A stretch of 62,522 nucleotides of DNA, filler included, from Sphacelaria rigidula (GCA_964200075.2; 10 parts of 10 records of this genome joined end to end with filler, not necessarily neighbours in it); one strand, 5' to 3'. Positions 11,739 to 25,490 are shown, counted from the whole stretch's first letter. A program made the numbers and translations. Notes: generated from the letters alone by a model not told the origin.

Positions 11739-12354
11739 CTGCGGCGGTGTGGCGTGAGGACGGTTTGGATTGGAAAGGGTGGCGAGTGTGGGTTATGTGA
11801 TGTAATCTTTTCAGGAGCGAGGCACACTGCAACAGAGATCGACAGAGAGACGATCAGAGTAGATAAAAAACGGACATGAATCGATCAGGACAGAAACAAA
11901 CAGGGACCGAGAGACATAGAGAGACAGAAACGGAGCTTCGGCATTATCATGAAACACACGTGAATTTGTTCTGCGACAACGGTAAAAGCCCGCCATCGCT
12001 CTACGCCGACTGCACTGTTCACAGCCTACGCTGCCGCTGTGCCTCTCGCGTCCACTGTTTCTCCCACTCTCTCGCGCGCGCTCTCTTTCATCGCTGGGTA
12101 TGCCGAAAACCTCGACCGCTTCTCTCGTGCTTACCTCGGCAACCTACTGGTCGACACTATAATACACGATCCCCGTCCACAATGAGATGGCCAACGACAG
12201 TTCACCTGTACTGAAGACACCAGACTTTGGAGTGGGTCAAAGATGGCCGCTCTTACCGAGACGTTCCCCCTCGGATTCTCGAAAACAATCTGGCCTGCGC
12301 TCAGAGGGTGGCATACCTCTCAGCATGGGTACCCCCCCCTCGCCCCTCCCCCCG

Positions 12355-12426
12355 ACGGTACTCCGTCTCGAAAGGGATGCGTGGTCAATGATCAAACGAC
12401 TGAGGCAAGCAACAAATGAGTACCCC
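12355..12426 (+). mobile_element. LINE family B, 3' fragment at the contig end
   Basis: Tail consensus ending ATGAGTACCCC. Confidence 0.88.
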
Positions 12427-12526
12427 NNNNNNNNNNNNNNNNNNNNNNNNNNNNNNNNNNNNNNNNNNNNTTAATTAATTAANNNNNNNNNNNNNNNNNN
12501 NNNNNNNNNNNNNNNNNNNNNNNNNN

Positions 12527-12621
12527 TGAGAAAAAATCCCAGATCGCTCCTAGATTTGAATCCACGACCCAACCGTCAGAAGGTTTAGAGGTTACCGACT
12601 GAGCCACCGGGGCGACCGGTT
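12527..12621 (-). mobile_element. tRNA-derived SINE head
   Basis: CCGGTCGCCCCGGTGGCTCAGTCGGTAA...GGATTCAAATC, matching 8290-8379. Confidence 0.7.
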
Positions 12622-15600
12622 TATAGACTTGAGAATAGATATTTACCCGTGCGTGCCGGGGTTTATTCGACAGGGCGTTGTTTTAACGAGAAGGCCTTTG
12701 ACTGGGCTATGGAGTAGGTGGATACGGTATCGGCCCCTCGATTAAACGACTGGCAAATATGTGCAGATCACGGCCCAAAATGTATTGCGCCGACGAGTTA
12801 TGGCTGTGGCAGCTCAACCCTGCGATCGCGAGCGTAGTCCATCTGGATCATGCATACGAGTACTCGTTTGAGGTAAAATTTATCGTGATTCAACAGATAA
12901 CCTGCTGTCGCCGTCTAATAAGACCATTTTTTATGGCAGTCACCCATCTCGATTTTTTTCAACGTCGGTGGTAAAAAACCGGGGGACGCTTTTTGTGGGT
13001 CCCGATTTCGACCAAATCGGGGGAGAAAAAATCGGGGTGTCACGATCTCAGAACGATCTCCCCCGATTTTTCGCAAAAAAAATGGGGAGAAATCGTTCCG
13101 AGATCGTGACCCCCCCCCCCCCGATGTTCAGGAGGTGACGTACGTGCATTGACGTACAATCGTAGGGTACGAGGCGTTTGATATTTTTGCAACCGCAGCA
13201 GAAGGCAGTCTCGTGACAGCGCAGGGCGTGCCTGCTCGCGCCAGCTGCTGAAGCAGCTTCACACAGGGTTTGACAAACGGATAATGAGTGCTGACGCCGT
13301 ACCCTGCGGCGGTGATGATACTTTATGCTGCACTGTGCTGCCATATGTACCACTATAACGAACGGTACTGTACTGTCCTGGTCTGTTGTCGCTGTACCTG
13401 CGGGGTGATGTATAGCACTGCACTATTGAACTCTTCTCGCGCACTGTCTGTTCACTATTCTCACAAAACCGAGTGTGCCATCATGTACTACCGTGCGGCA
13501 TCATCATGTACTGTAACGATGAAGTGTCCTGCGCTGTATTACCCTAGGGTACCAAGGTACGACACACTGCACTCGAAGGATTAATCTCCGCCTGCCTGCT
13601 CCTCGGCTTCATGGACAAGTACGCAATATCATGCAGAGAATGACTCTGTACAGAATTGTTTCACAAATCTGTGATACTGTCTATACCATAAAACGGTCCC
13701 CGCGATAGTGAGTTCGCGAATATAAGTCCCCTCGATTTTGAAGAAATCGGAGTCTCAACAAATCGAGATTCGGTACCAGAAAACATGGCGTAAGGGTCAA
13801 GTACATTCTCAGGCTTGCTCAGCTCGTAATCGGCCCATATTTCCACAGGCACGTCAGATATTCATCCCTCCTCCTAACTATTTTTTTCTGGACCTCCCTT
13901 CAAACCTTATCCATCTCACTGCCAGCACAAGTCATCTGTTGAATCAGGATCAATTTTACCTCAAAAATGAATGTTTGGCTAGATGACCTGACCTACCGTC
14001 GGGGTAAAATAGTTATACCCTTTGATCGCCACTCCATACGTACGTAGGTCATCTGCTGAATCGGCACCACGTTCGCTTGAAAAAAATGACTTCGTGATCC
14101 AGATCACGTACCCTGGCGGTCAAAAAAAGGTTACGGCGGGTGTGGACGGCCTGCATTATGTTGATTGATTGATAATCTCACGTGTGTGTGTATGTGTTGT
14201 GTAGTACAGTACCCCTGTATAGTCGGCGGAGTGTATACCTTTTTTTTTTCTCCACCATTTGGTTCGCTAAAACGTGATTTATGACAGAAATCGATGATAC
14301 CACCACTACTGCTGTGACTTTCCCACGAACAGCACGCTCCCCCGCTGCAAGATGCACTATCCCTCTGCAGAGAGGCGTCGGACGATGTCATGATGTGTTT
14401 GACACGAGCGAGATTCGTTCATGTTCCCGACCCATTCGTTCGTCGGTGCATTATACTGTAGCATAGCCGCGAAACCTGAACACAACAATCGCCAGATTGT
14501 AACCCCGAGAACGCGGACAAGCTGGTTGATGCCGAGAGTTGATAGACTCGGAATGACATTTGCGAAAAGACATGCCGGGTTCTGGTCGTTCAGTTTGGTG
14601 TTTGGTGAATGGCAAGTAGTTCGGTAGAAGAAGAATCACTTGTAGGAGTGTGGCATGGTTGCTGTAGCTGGAGGTTTCGGGTCGCGCGCGCGCCGACGAC
14701 GTAGGGTACTTACTCTGTAGGTGAATCTGCACCGGCTTCGAAAAAGGTGTGGAGGGTAGCCTAAAAAAGGTACTTGGGAGAATAAAAAAATGGCTACATC
14801 GGATGTTGACCGTTAGACTGCTATGGTGTAATGAATAAATAGTGCATCTGGATCACGCATACTTTTCTCAAGTGAAATTGATGCCGAATCAACAGATGGC
14901 CTACTCTCGCTACTCAAGGGTTAGCCCTCAGAAGGCGAGAGCAGGTTATCTGTTGGATCGATTTCAATTTCATTCGAAAAAGTATGCACGGTTCAGATGG
15001 ACTACCCGCAACGCGGTCTAAGGGTCAACCGTGGAAATCTGGAGATTTCGGCGGACGGACGGCCGCTCTTTTGCGCATTGATAGCCTTATGAGGCGAGAT
15101 CACGTCTTTGCCCACCCCGTTTTGTGTTACGCGAGACTATGGGGTAGCATGTATTCCGAGCACAAACGGTATTTGTGGTGCGTTTCCCCCCAATTCCACA
15201 TGCATTAGCGACCCGCTTATCATAAATTGAAACTCGGGGCTCGGCCTGAGTTTCTCATCTGATGAAGGCCTACTGCATTGGACTCAAGTGTGACGTCGCT
15301 GACTTATTTTTTGGGAAATCTCAGGCTAATTTTCTTTCAACGTCGTTTCTGGTGAGCGGGCCGCTACCGTATTTGATCCCAAAAGGTACCCTTTTTAGGG
15401 GGGCGAATCAATAACAACGAGGTTGTACCTTTACTAGACTACGGCCCGAACGCAGAAGTGTACCCGCTACTCACTCTACTACAGTGTAGTGTAGGGCGCG
15501 CAGTCTGCGTACATCGGCAAAGCATATATACGCACAAGCCATGCCTTGCCTGTCCAGGTGGGTTTGCACGAGCTTGTCCATCCTTACCACGGGTTTGAGC

Positions 15601-15984
15601 TCTCTAAGCAACATCTCATCGACTCAGACGAGTTGGGCCGTGATCCGCGTACACCGTATTAACCCTTTTGGAAACTGTTGACGATTTTTGTTGTTGTGAA
15701 TCGGCATCTTTTTCAGTCATTTTCGAGTCAAAATAATGTCGATTCATGAAAACAAAATCGTCACTGTGTTCCAAAAGGGTTGATCGTCCAATCAAGGAGA
15801 AGATACCCATGTGCTCGTGAGTCTGGGCCAATCTTTTCTCACTGATTAAGCGCCATGTCTAGTAATTCCTAAATCGTACGGACATCAGCTCCATACTAAA
15901 GTCTACATGAAACCCCGAACGATATAAACACGGATGATGTTTTTGGTGTGGACATTCCCCAGAGCACGGGGAAACGATGGATGC

Positions 15985-16850
15985 CCTCACCTTCACCCCC
16001 GTCATCTATCTCGAGATATGACGCACATGATATTACGCACTAGAATCAATATATTACGAGCAGAGGCACTAAATGCACTAGATTTGGATTTGGCGTCTCA
16101 GCTTTTGAGAGTTGTGCTTTGAAATTTGGTATGGAGAATCGCTAGGGCGTAATAAAAAAATCTTCGGGTCCTTGAGCTTTTATTTTTATTTTTTAATGGT
16201 AAATTTTCGTTTCTTCGGGGTGTTTCAAGGGAAAATGGACGTTGTTCTTGGCCCCTATCTCAGTTCTTCAGCTGATTTATAAAATACTTTTGTCAATTGA
16301 AGCTTAGCATGGAGAATCGCAAAGGCATGCTGAAAAGAAATAAGTGACCCGTCATTTTTTCTTTATAGAGTTGAAAAAATGGTTTTCACCATACTGAAAC
16401 ATCCTAAACTCATAAAACTCAAAGTGTCCCACTTTTGTTGGTTCATTATGCCCTCGCGAGGTCCGACGCGAAATTTAAAAACACAAGTACCAAACCTGGG
16501 CCGGTAAGTGGCCTCCAAAATACCGTTCCGAATTTCGACCGGCCTAGTTTCTAAATCGCCGCTTTCATATCGATTCTGAGAGTTGGACTTTAAAATTTGG
16601 AACGGAGAATGAATAGGGTATAAGAAAAAAAAAGTGGACTATTTTTCTTCATGAGTAAAAATGCAATAATTAGTCTTCAGTTTTCAGTAAAATGCCGTTT
16701 ACTTATAGAAAAAAAGAACTTTCGGTCCAGAATTAATCTCGTTATTATGCCTTATTCATTCTCCGTACCAAATTTTAAAGTCCAACTCTCAAAATTGAGG
16801 TGCGGCGGGGCCTGCAAACGACGAACTCGTGTCTAGGCTGGACCTGCTCG
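15985..16850. mobile_element. Repeat family D copy lacking the nested foldback MITE
   Basis: Collinear with 6385-6518 joined to 6983-7750. Confidence 0.75.
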
Positions 16851-16980
16851 CATGTGTATACTGTTCAAACCCACATAACCAATAGTTACACCGTTCGGGC
16901 GAATCACTTCCGGTTCGAATAACTCAATCCTAAATCCACGATTTGTCAAGCCTGATTGCCCAGCAAAGAGAAAAATGTAG

Positions 16981-18026
16981 ATCGCTGGTCAAGAAGTTCT
17001 CCACGCCATTTTTGCGCCATTCCACGTGCCTGGGCTGCGGGTACCGGGGTTACAATGCTCAAGACAAAGCCCAAGGATTGATTCGTGCGGTACGAATCAA
17101 TTACACCAAAGCCCAGTAATTTCCATACGAATCATTGATTTGTCCGACCCTTGAAAAGTTACCCCGCTCACAGGGCGCATCGCCCTTTTTCTATTTTGTC
17201 CATGTCGTCCTCTGTGTGTGCAATGAACGAACGCCACGTGGGACCACCAGATCGACCGAAGCATCACGGAAGCAGAGTTCTTGCGGAGGCGCATCCCGGC
17301 GGGGTCTCTGTACGGCTTGCTGGCGCAAGAGGCCAAGGACTACTTGAAGCCGGGAGCGCACACCGACGCCGAGCTGGAGCAAGTCGGCACCAACTTTGCA
17401 AGGGTACGAGTATGTATTTCGTGTGTACAAGTGCATTTCGCCAACGCTTGAATAGTAGATCCGCTTTTTTATCGAGATCTTTTTCGCACACGATTTGTCA
17501 TCCTGTACCGGTAAAAAAGTTCTGTCTGTTTAGCTACACTCCAACAGACCTCAGGAATTCATGTAACGCCCCCGCCCCCGTCCCGCCACCCATGCGCGAA
17601 CAACAACAATCGAATTTTCAGATCGCCTCCAATGAGGGCGCCAACGCAGCCACCACTCCAGCCAATCCACTCGCGGCGCCGGATCCCTCAGACGCCACGG
17701 CCGCCGCTGCCGCTGCCGCCAGCTCTACAACCGCCACTAGTCCCGCCAACAACAGTGCTCCATCCGCATATCGAAATCCGACGCCCGGAACGTGGATAGA
17801 CCAGATTCAATCGTTCCTGAACGACGTACCACAAGGAGCCCCCGAGGGCGACCCCGACATCACGGGCGAAGGAAAGCGTGCATTAAGCGAACGAGAGGCG
17901 GGGACCGAGGGCGGCGGCGGGGATGGTAGGGATGAGGATGTTGGTGCGTGGGATGGGCAAGGGGTGGATGCGGCGACGGTGATTCAGCACAGGAGACGGT
18001 TCGACCAGCGATGTACCGCGTACGAG
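16981..18026 (+). CDS. Unknown protein, three internal exons: 16981-17089, 17251-17403, 17622-18026
   Basis: AG/GT-bounded, phase-compatible open exons: SLVKKFSTPFLRHSTCLGCGYRGY...; IDRSITEAEFLRRRIPAGSLYGLL...; IASNEG...QHRRRFDQRCTAYE. Confidence 0.7.
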
Positions 18027-18859
18027 GTAGGACATTTGATGCTTGATTGTTCTGATGCGCTTGTTGGGACCGAGTTCGCACCTTAATTTTTTATTTTGCT
18101 GCTTGATGGCGTCGACCGGATTGGAGAGGCACAACCGTCCCGACTCGTGCCGACTCTCGGTTGAATCTCTTTTTCGTACTCATGTCCTCACCATTTCAAC
18201 TTCGGGAATCAGATAACTTCTTGAAAGAATAAAGAGCATGTGTGCCGAGGTGTTGAACCCTTCTGGAACCCTCCCCTCCTGTCCCCTGGCCAAACGCCTT
18301 ATGATGAGAAACCCTGACGAAGAGAAGAACATGCAAACAGAATAGGCCGACGGCAACCATTTATATAATGGAAGGCCGAAGAAGAATGTCCTCCCTGGAG
18401 AATTTGGGTGAGGTTTGTCCAATCATACCACGCAACGGATGAAGTGTGTCCAATTGTATCCATCGACAATAATCAGCGAAACCACTGTGATATGAAACAT
18501 TCCATTCAAAATACAGCAATGGGCTCCAGGGTCCAGCTAGGCACGTCGGTATACGAGCTGGGCCGGCAGTAAACCCAGTATCCTCTGTCGTCACCACAAC
18601 TCTTCGAGTTTCCCAAATCAGCACGACCTAAGCATATCGCTGTGAACTGCAGACTTACCTGGTAACATAAGGCACCGCCGCTGCTCGANNNNNNNNNNNN
18701 NNNNNNNNNNNNNNNNNNNNNNNNNNNNNNNNTTAATTAATTAANNNNNNNNNNNNNNNNNNNNNNNNNNNNNNNNNNNNNNNNNNNNGGCCTTTCCCAT
18801 TTCGATTTACGTCAAGAGTTTGCCTCCCGAAACCGTGCACGTTTTGAGTGGGGGCTATC

Positions 18860-19450
18860 GTAGAAAGTGTCTGAGCTACATGGTTTCCTCCCTTCGACAC
18901 CGACTCCCTCCAGGTGCCTGTGGAAACCGCGTTGATCACCTCTCTTGATGTGCGCTTCAAGTCGGCTGACGTAGGTCTCGAAGAATCTCTCCACCGTATG
19001 TGCTCTAACACGACGAAGGCCCTTGTTGGCCTTCTTCAAGGCTTTCTTGAGGTTGGTGTGTATGTATATTGCCCACTGCCCGTGTGACCTGGGGCTGCTG
19101 GGTACGAAGTGCCGATAACGTGTACCAGCCGCAAAGGTGGCTCCATGAATCCCCTCATTCTTTCTCGCACCGGGGGTGTCCTCGACGAACCACCAACGGT
19201 TCGATTTCTCAGGGTTGTAGGAGCTGCGAGGAAGAAGGCCAGTGTTGCATATTTAGTCTCCAAGGCTACAGCACCGTGATGCGGCTCCCGCGTGTTTTAG
19301 CGGGGCGTTGTATAAAATCAAACTTCGTTGCACAACCTGCGTTGCATTTCGCATTATCCGTAGCACCACCGCAGGTCATCGTGCTCGTGGATAAGCCAAG
19401 TCAGCGATATGGCGACGGACGAGGAGAACATAAGGAGTCGCGTCCATCTT
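18860..19450 (-). mobile_element. Decayed RTE-like LINE fragment (endonuclease-RT linker)
   Basis: LRRVRAHTVERFFETYVSRLEAHIKRGDQRGFHRHLEG with surrounding stops and frameshifts. Confidence 0.55.
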
Positions 19451-20649
19451 GACATGGGTGATTAGATGCCGACACCAAGGCTGTCTATGTGTTTGTACAC
19501 GCTCCACCGCTCTCTATTCTCGGACACGGCCACTTCCTCAATATCCTTCCCTCGGGGTCTCTTTTCCTCACCCCATCTCTCGCGCTCTCTCTCGCTCTCT
19601 TTGTGTGTGTGTATGTATGTGTGTTTTCTTCCCTGCCGGTGTGTGCGCGAGTTGCCGTTTGGTGCCTCGCTTCCATCAGTGTCGGGCGTGTGAGCTGAAA
19701 TTGAGGAGCCGCGATATGTTCCCACGAGTCCGCGTTGGTTTTTGCTGTCCGGTGCGAGGGTGGTTTGAGGACGCAAAATCTACCCGTAAATCGAAATGAA
19801 AAAAGCCGAGCATATGGAGCAGCTGAGATTCCCCACGCTTGGATTCGCTTTCGCCAATGTCGCTCATATGAGTCATATGAGGTGCTTCGTGCAGCCTGAA
19901 ACCAAACATCAGACTCTCCATGGTCAATTTCTTCGTCATTAGGGCTGGTTTTGGGAGGGGGTTATCGTAGAAAGCGTCAAACACCTACACACACTGTTGC
20001 ACACGCACACGAGCAAGGCCCAAGTGGCTGATCGCTTATTGGAAACAGCGAAGTGGTTGCCTTAAGGAAATTCACGTCGTACTAATGCCGAGATAGCCCC
20101 TCCACAAAACGTGCACCGGAGACCGTCCCACAAACCGGCTGCGATCCCACTGTTGGGCTCGTTTGCAGCAATTTTGCCCACATGAGACGCGTGTAGCAGT
20201 CCGAAATCAGCTATAATGCTCAAATGAGTCGCGTCGTGTAGCACGAAACCAGTTCTAATGGCATTTAGGATCATCGCCTCTGTGCACTTTTTTGGCGGGT
20301 TCGGGGGGGGCTATCTCGGCAGCAGTCGTTGAATAGAGGTGATCGTGGTCGCCATGATGAGAACGGCCGCAAACATGCGTGGGCGAGCGCGCAAAATGCT
20401 GGAGGAACCGGCCAGCAATCGGGTGAGAAAGAGCCAAACATTCATTCATACATCGCCCACGTCACAACTCCGGTGGCTTTACAAAAACCAATCGACATGC
20501 GGTGCTACAAGGGTGATGTCTTCATACTTGCACAATCAACCGTGCGCAAACCGCCCAACACAATATTCAAACACTACAACGGGGGACACGATCGCACAGG
20601 ACATCGTCAGTACGAATGAACACTGAAGTCCATCAAGCTGTATTTACCC

Positions 20650-21870
20650 CATCGCGCTTCTCTGGTCAAAGAACACAGGGCGCGTCGGTCTTCGGCCGTT
20701 GTCTCCGACGATTTCCCGCGTCTCTGTAGAATCTTTATGCCGTTTGGTGTGCCCGGAATTTCCCACGCGCTACTCAGGGTTTGAAACTCTCTCCTTCTCC
20801 ACTTTGACGTTGCCGCCCACTTCATCTATTATCTTCTCATCCGGGGTAGACCTCGGTCCGTTGCCTGATCCTTTCGGGCGGCCTTTCTGTTGGGCCTTGG
20901 CCGGGTCCCCCGGGCCGGGTGCACCGTTCGCCAGCCGTACCAGGGTTGCCACGTACGCCCGCCCTTGTTGATGTATCGCCATAACCTCGGTTTTGGATTC
21001 GACGGAGCTCAACAGGGCCTTCGTATCTTCTCTGTGCAATGCCATAATATTGGCGAATAGTCGTCGTTCGTCGGCTTGCGACTGGAGGTTTTGCCCGAGC
21101 ACGGCCGGCTCCGAGTGGTGCACGCCGTCCACGTTTCCGTCAAGCGTGGGTCCTTCACCATCTCCGTCATCGCCGCTGTGGTGCCCGTCCCAGCCTTCAC
21201 CGTGCCCTGATGGTTCCAGTACAGGTTTCACGCTCCACGGCGCGTCCCGGCCATCGTTCCGCCGTCGCCAACGTTTGTGCACATATGGGATATTGAATCC
21301 ATGTTGTACTGTGATAGCACCTGATTTCGACTTGCGGTGTCGCAGTTCCACGATGACGGCGAAATAGTGCCTGCATGGCAGTTCACGCCGCAGAAGCTGC
21401 AAGTAAGAACATATATGAAAATTGCGAGACCCGAACACGACGAGGTGGCTTGGGTTCAAAGACGAAAACTTGTGCCCTGCCGTCGCAACGGCCTCTACAG
21501 GGGCGTGAGCAATCAACGTCAAAAAGGCTCCTAGATACGTGCGCGCCCACATGCTGGCGTCCAACCCAGCTTCGCCCTCGCGCATGTCCACTTCGAGATC
21601 TATTTTGTCCGGCGCCTGTTGCAGGATATTCGACGTCTGAGTTGCCAAGCAGATTCGGCGAACTGCAGCTGCGTCGAGAGGAATCCGGTTGCCCTCGTCC
21701 TCTGACAATCCATACCGACGTGGTGGACGTAAGCCCGACATCTGTGCCGGAGTTGCTCTCGAAGCTCCTGCATAGTGAGAAAGAGTTGAGATGCGCGGTC
21801 GTTGATATCACGCGACTCCAGTGCAGACATTAGCAGTGTGGCCAAAAGACGAAGGGGCAACGAACACGAC
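20650..21870 (-). pseudogene. Mutator-like (MULE/FAR1-type) SWIM zinc-finger transposase remnant
   Basis: ICSYLQLLRRELPCRHYF (SWIM with one Cys lost), YVHKRW, a downstream GHTKR knuckle-like motif, and a frameshift near 21720. Confidence 0.7.
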
Positions 21871-22296
21871 CACCCTCCTCTCCTTCATACTATCAGTCGC
21901 ACTGTCTCCGCCGAACATCAAATCGACAGGAACTGTCAAGCTCGCAGAACCGCCTCCGACAGCAGTCGGCAGAAAAGTCAAAACTGTGTGCCGTTCAGCC
22001 GGGAAAGTCAGCAAGAATCAAAACTGCAGTGAATCTAGATTTTTAAGGGTCAATCCTACAACTGCATGCATCAGTACGGATAATGAGCGAAATTTGAAAT
22101 CCCATGAAAAGAACAGGCGGGTCAACTCTACAACCGCAGACAACAGCAGGCGCGGAAATTACGACAAGGGTACAGGAACGAACGTTTTTCCATCTTCTAC
22201 AACAACAAAAAACGACAGCTTCACGACAGAAGAACCGCGTTCATCATCACCCCCACCGTCGCCAACAGCAGCATCAGCAGTAGCCGCACTACCATC

Positions 22297-22358
22297 AGGA
22301 GGAGGAGGAGGAGGAGGAGGAGGAGGAGGAGGAGCAGCAGCAGCAGCAGTAGCAGCAG
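22297..22358. repeat. (GGA)n(GCA)n compound microsatellite
   Basis: Direct reading. Confidence 0.95.
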
Positions 22359-23062
22359 CCCAAGATATCGCACCCGAGCAGCTCTCCGACATGGAAGTTA
22401 CAAAGAGACGAGAGGAGGAAGGGTACATTAGAGAAATGCTTGACATCAAGAAAAGAGGCCCATCAGAACTGTAGCAGGGGCTAGTTACCTCACCTGCCTA
22501 CGTGAAAAGCGGGGCGATTAAACACCCCAGGGAAATTGAGCGCACGTGACACGGTACGGAATATCCCCATCAGCAAGGGCAATTAGTACAACAAACGAAA
22601 ATCACCACCTGTTTTTTCAAGAAGCAACCACCCCAAGTGACTCCACCAGCAAGCCCGAGGGAAGCATCTACTATCGAGAAGCAGCATCCAGAAACACATC
22701 TTCAGCGCACTCGAGCATCACCAGCAATATCGCTCTTCTCGACGCACAGGACGTACTACACCATCATGTCATTTGAACCGGAACACTTGTTCATGCTTTC
22801 AGGTGTACTTCATTGTTCGGAATTTTGTATACCACCAGAACATACTACAGCAGCAACTACAATCGGGTGAGAGCACAGAATGAGGCGAACAGCCATACTA
22901 CAACACCGCCGCGAACGAACCGAACGAGATCAACCAACGCTACTACAGCTACGACATCACTATCGAGTACGAGCCGAGTAACATCAACATACGTCACTAC
23001 CCACCGTTTACTGCTGAATTGTTGACGTAGCGCGGTAAAACATGGTATGGTACGTATATCCT

Positions 23063-24950
23063 TTTTGCTTCGGCTCAAGAATTCTGGTATCATGTGTTGT
23101 CCCGTTTCTACGTACGGCAGTGTCTCACTAGAATTACCGCAAATTAAAATACCTGCAACCAAAAACGAATCGAACTCAATGCGGTATGCACTCGGTGCAT
23201 TTTTTGTCTCCATCAACTCATCAACCATTACATACTATTCATCAGGCTAACCCGAAAATCGACGCTGACGATTATGGTATTACTATCCCCTGCGGAGCTA
23301 TCCACCTCTCCCCATACTGTTACGGTAGAGCTACTCCGCACAGTCACCTATCCACTTTTTGCACCCTGGTCCCACCCTTTCTTAAGCGACGGGGCGGCGG
23401 GTGGGAAAGTCGATCGATCCTTTGCGAAGCGCGCTAGTTCGTGCCTACTTCTCTCTACTTGTGCTGCATATACCAGTCGGCCGCTGCTAGATGAATGCTA
23501 CTTGTTGCTGGTGATGGTTTCTGTACTCGTGTGTGCGGCAACCTAGCTGCGATGGCCAACTTTTCTACTGACAGCGGAACTGCAGCTGGGAAACAAGGAC
23601 AGACACCGTACCGTTTTTCTGTACGTACGTCCCACATTGTCAGAATTCGTAAAAGCCTACGCAAACGCCGCTTTCATACTGAACGCTACATTTTGCTTCT
23701 GCTCAAGAATTCTGGTATCATGTGTTGTCCCGTTTCTACGTACGGCAGTGTCTCACTAGAATGACCGCAAATTAAAATGCCTGCAACCGAAAACAAAACG
23801 AACTCAATGCGGTATGCACTCGGTGCATTTTTTGTCCCCATCAACTCATCAACAACTACATACTATTCATCAGGCTAATCCGAAAATCGACGCTGACAAT
23901 TATGTTATTATTATCTTCTGCGGAGCTATCCACCTCTCCCCCATTAGGCGAGCCTGATTGACAGTCGAGTATCTTGTTAAGCCCTAACTTTCAACGTCTG
24001 GCTACCCTACTCGCTGTTTTCCTAGCGCTACGGAGACGCCCTCTGCGCCCTCCCCCGCCTCCCTGACGTAAACCATAAACGCCCTCGACTTCCACCGTCC
24101 TGCTCGTTGAATCTGTAGTTTGGTGATTCCTCGAGCCGCTAGTTGCGTGGCCCCGCCGACCCTGCCTGAGTGTAAGGCCTATTCGGACCGGTCTCTACCC
24201 GCACGGCTGACCATGGTTCTTCACGCTGTTACTGCTTCAATCCGATTAAAAGCCTTCCATCCCGTCGGCGTGGCTCTCGTGACCAGGGGAGCGTGGCCTG
24301 GCAGTTGTGGGTGCACGTCCAACAAGACCAAAAGCGCCTCGAACGCGCCCGCCGGTACTCCGCCCGATCGCACCGAATCAACGATCCTTGCTCTCGTAAT
24401 GATGCAACCTGTCCTTTTTTTATCGGATTTGGAGGCAACGAAGTGAATCTTCACTTGGTTCGCAAACGCGCGGTTCACAAAATCTAACTGTACGTCTTCC
24501 CGGAAAAAATTGATGCAATTGCGGGTTAAGCAGAATTCTGGGTGGACGGTACCGTCGGGGTACGCCCACAACTCGGATGCCCCGCACAGCAGAAAATACG
24601 AGAGCGCGAGGCCAAGCCACATGATGTGACCCCCGTCCGGGTCCTCGGTTATTGTCTGTCGTCCTTGGTTTAGCAAATCCCAAGTCAACGGCCGCCTGAT
24701 GTGCGGTTTTCCTTGAGTCGATGCGTGAGCTCTATCGATCCCTTTTCCTACAGCCCTAATCCTGCCGTGCGTTCTAGGTATGTCCCATCCGACATACACT
24801 TTATGGAAATACTTGATAGCGGCGAGGTAACCTCTTATGGTGGAATGTTGGTTGTTGTGCACGAAACATCGCATAGCCATGAACTCGGTCAGTGCATTGA
24901 TCACGTCGTCCGGTTCATCGGTTTCAGTCAACCAGGGTGATTTTCCCTGT
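23063..24950 (-). mobile_element. Ngaro/PAT-like DIRS retrotransposon, 3' portion with split direct repeats
   Basis: Tyrosine recombinase followed by direct repeats of about 253 bp (23691-23944 and 23063-23315) separated by about 375 bp. Confidence 0.8.
24002..24950 (-). pseudogene. DIRS-type tyrosine recombinase pseudogene
   Basis: RRPLT, LSYFLLCGASE (catalytic R read as G), SKSD, HSGRVGGAT, GRWKSRAFMVYVR. In-frame stops at 24221-24223 and about 24180. Confidence 0.9.
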
Positions 24951-25050
24951 NNNNNNNNNNNNNNNNNNNNNNNNNNNNNNNNNNNNNNNNNNNNTTAATT
25001 AATTAANNNNNNNNNNNNNNNNNNNNNNNNNNNNNNNNNNNNNNNNNNNN

Positions 25051-25490
25051 AACAGCGCCTGGATGATCATGAGGACCCCCCCCCCCCCCCCCCCCCTTCC
25101 GCGCGCGCAGATTGAAAATAAAACACTTGTTAGCAGAATTTTATCGGTTTGCGGAGTTTGTACTAGTTCTCTTGAATACCGTAGTCGTAAAACCATTGAC
25201 CTCGCACCCTACAAAGCCGGAATGGTCCCGCCGGGTTTTTGCCGAACCAGGCTTGCCGTCGTCAAGCCCGAAACGCCGTGATGTGTTCGGCGAGTCGGAT
25301 GAAGTGATTGCTTCGGAGAGGGCGGGTGTACTCATGATCATGCATGCCATAGTCCGATTCAGAGGGGGGGGCGGGGGGGGCGTACTCATTTGTTGCTTAC
25401 CTTAATCGTTTGACCATTGACCACGCATTCCTTTCGAGACGGAGCACCGTTCCTACTCCTAATAGAGGCACCTCCAACAGAGGGGGGGGG
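25051..25490. mobile_element. Cluster of family A fragments plus a family B 3' end (25363-25480, minus strand)
   Basis: Both tail consensuses present and bounded by G/C runs. Confidence 0.85.

Noticed and set aside
21821..22474. 217-aa ORF as a real gene
   Set aside because: It is low-complexity, driven by a microsatellite, and partly antisense to the MULE remnant.
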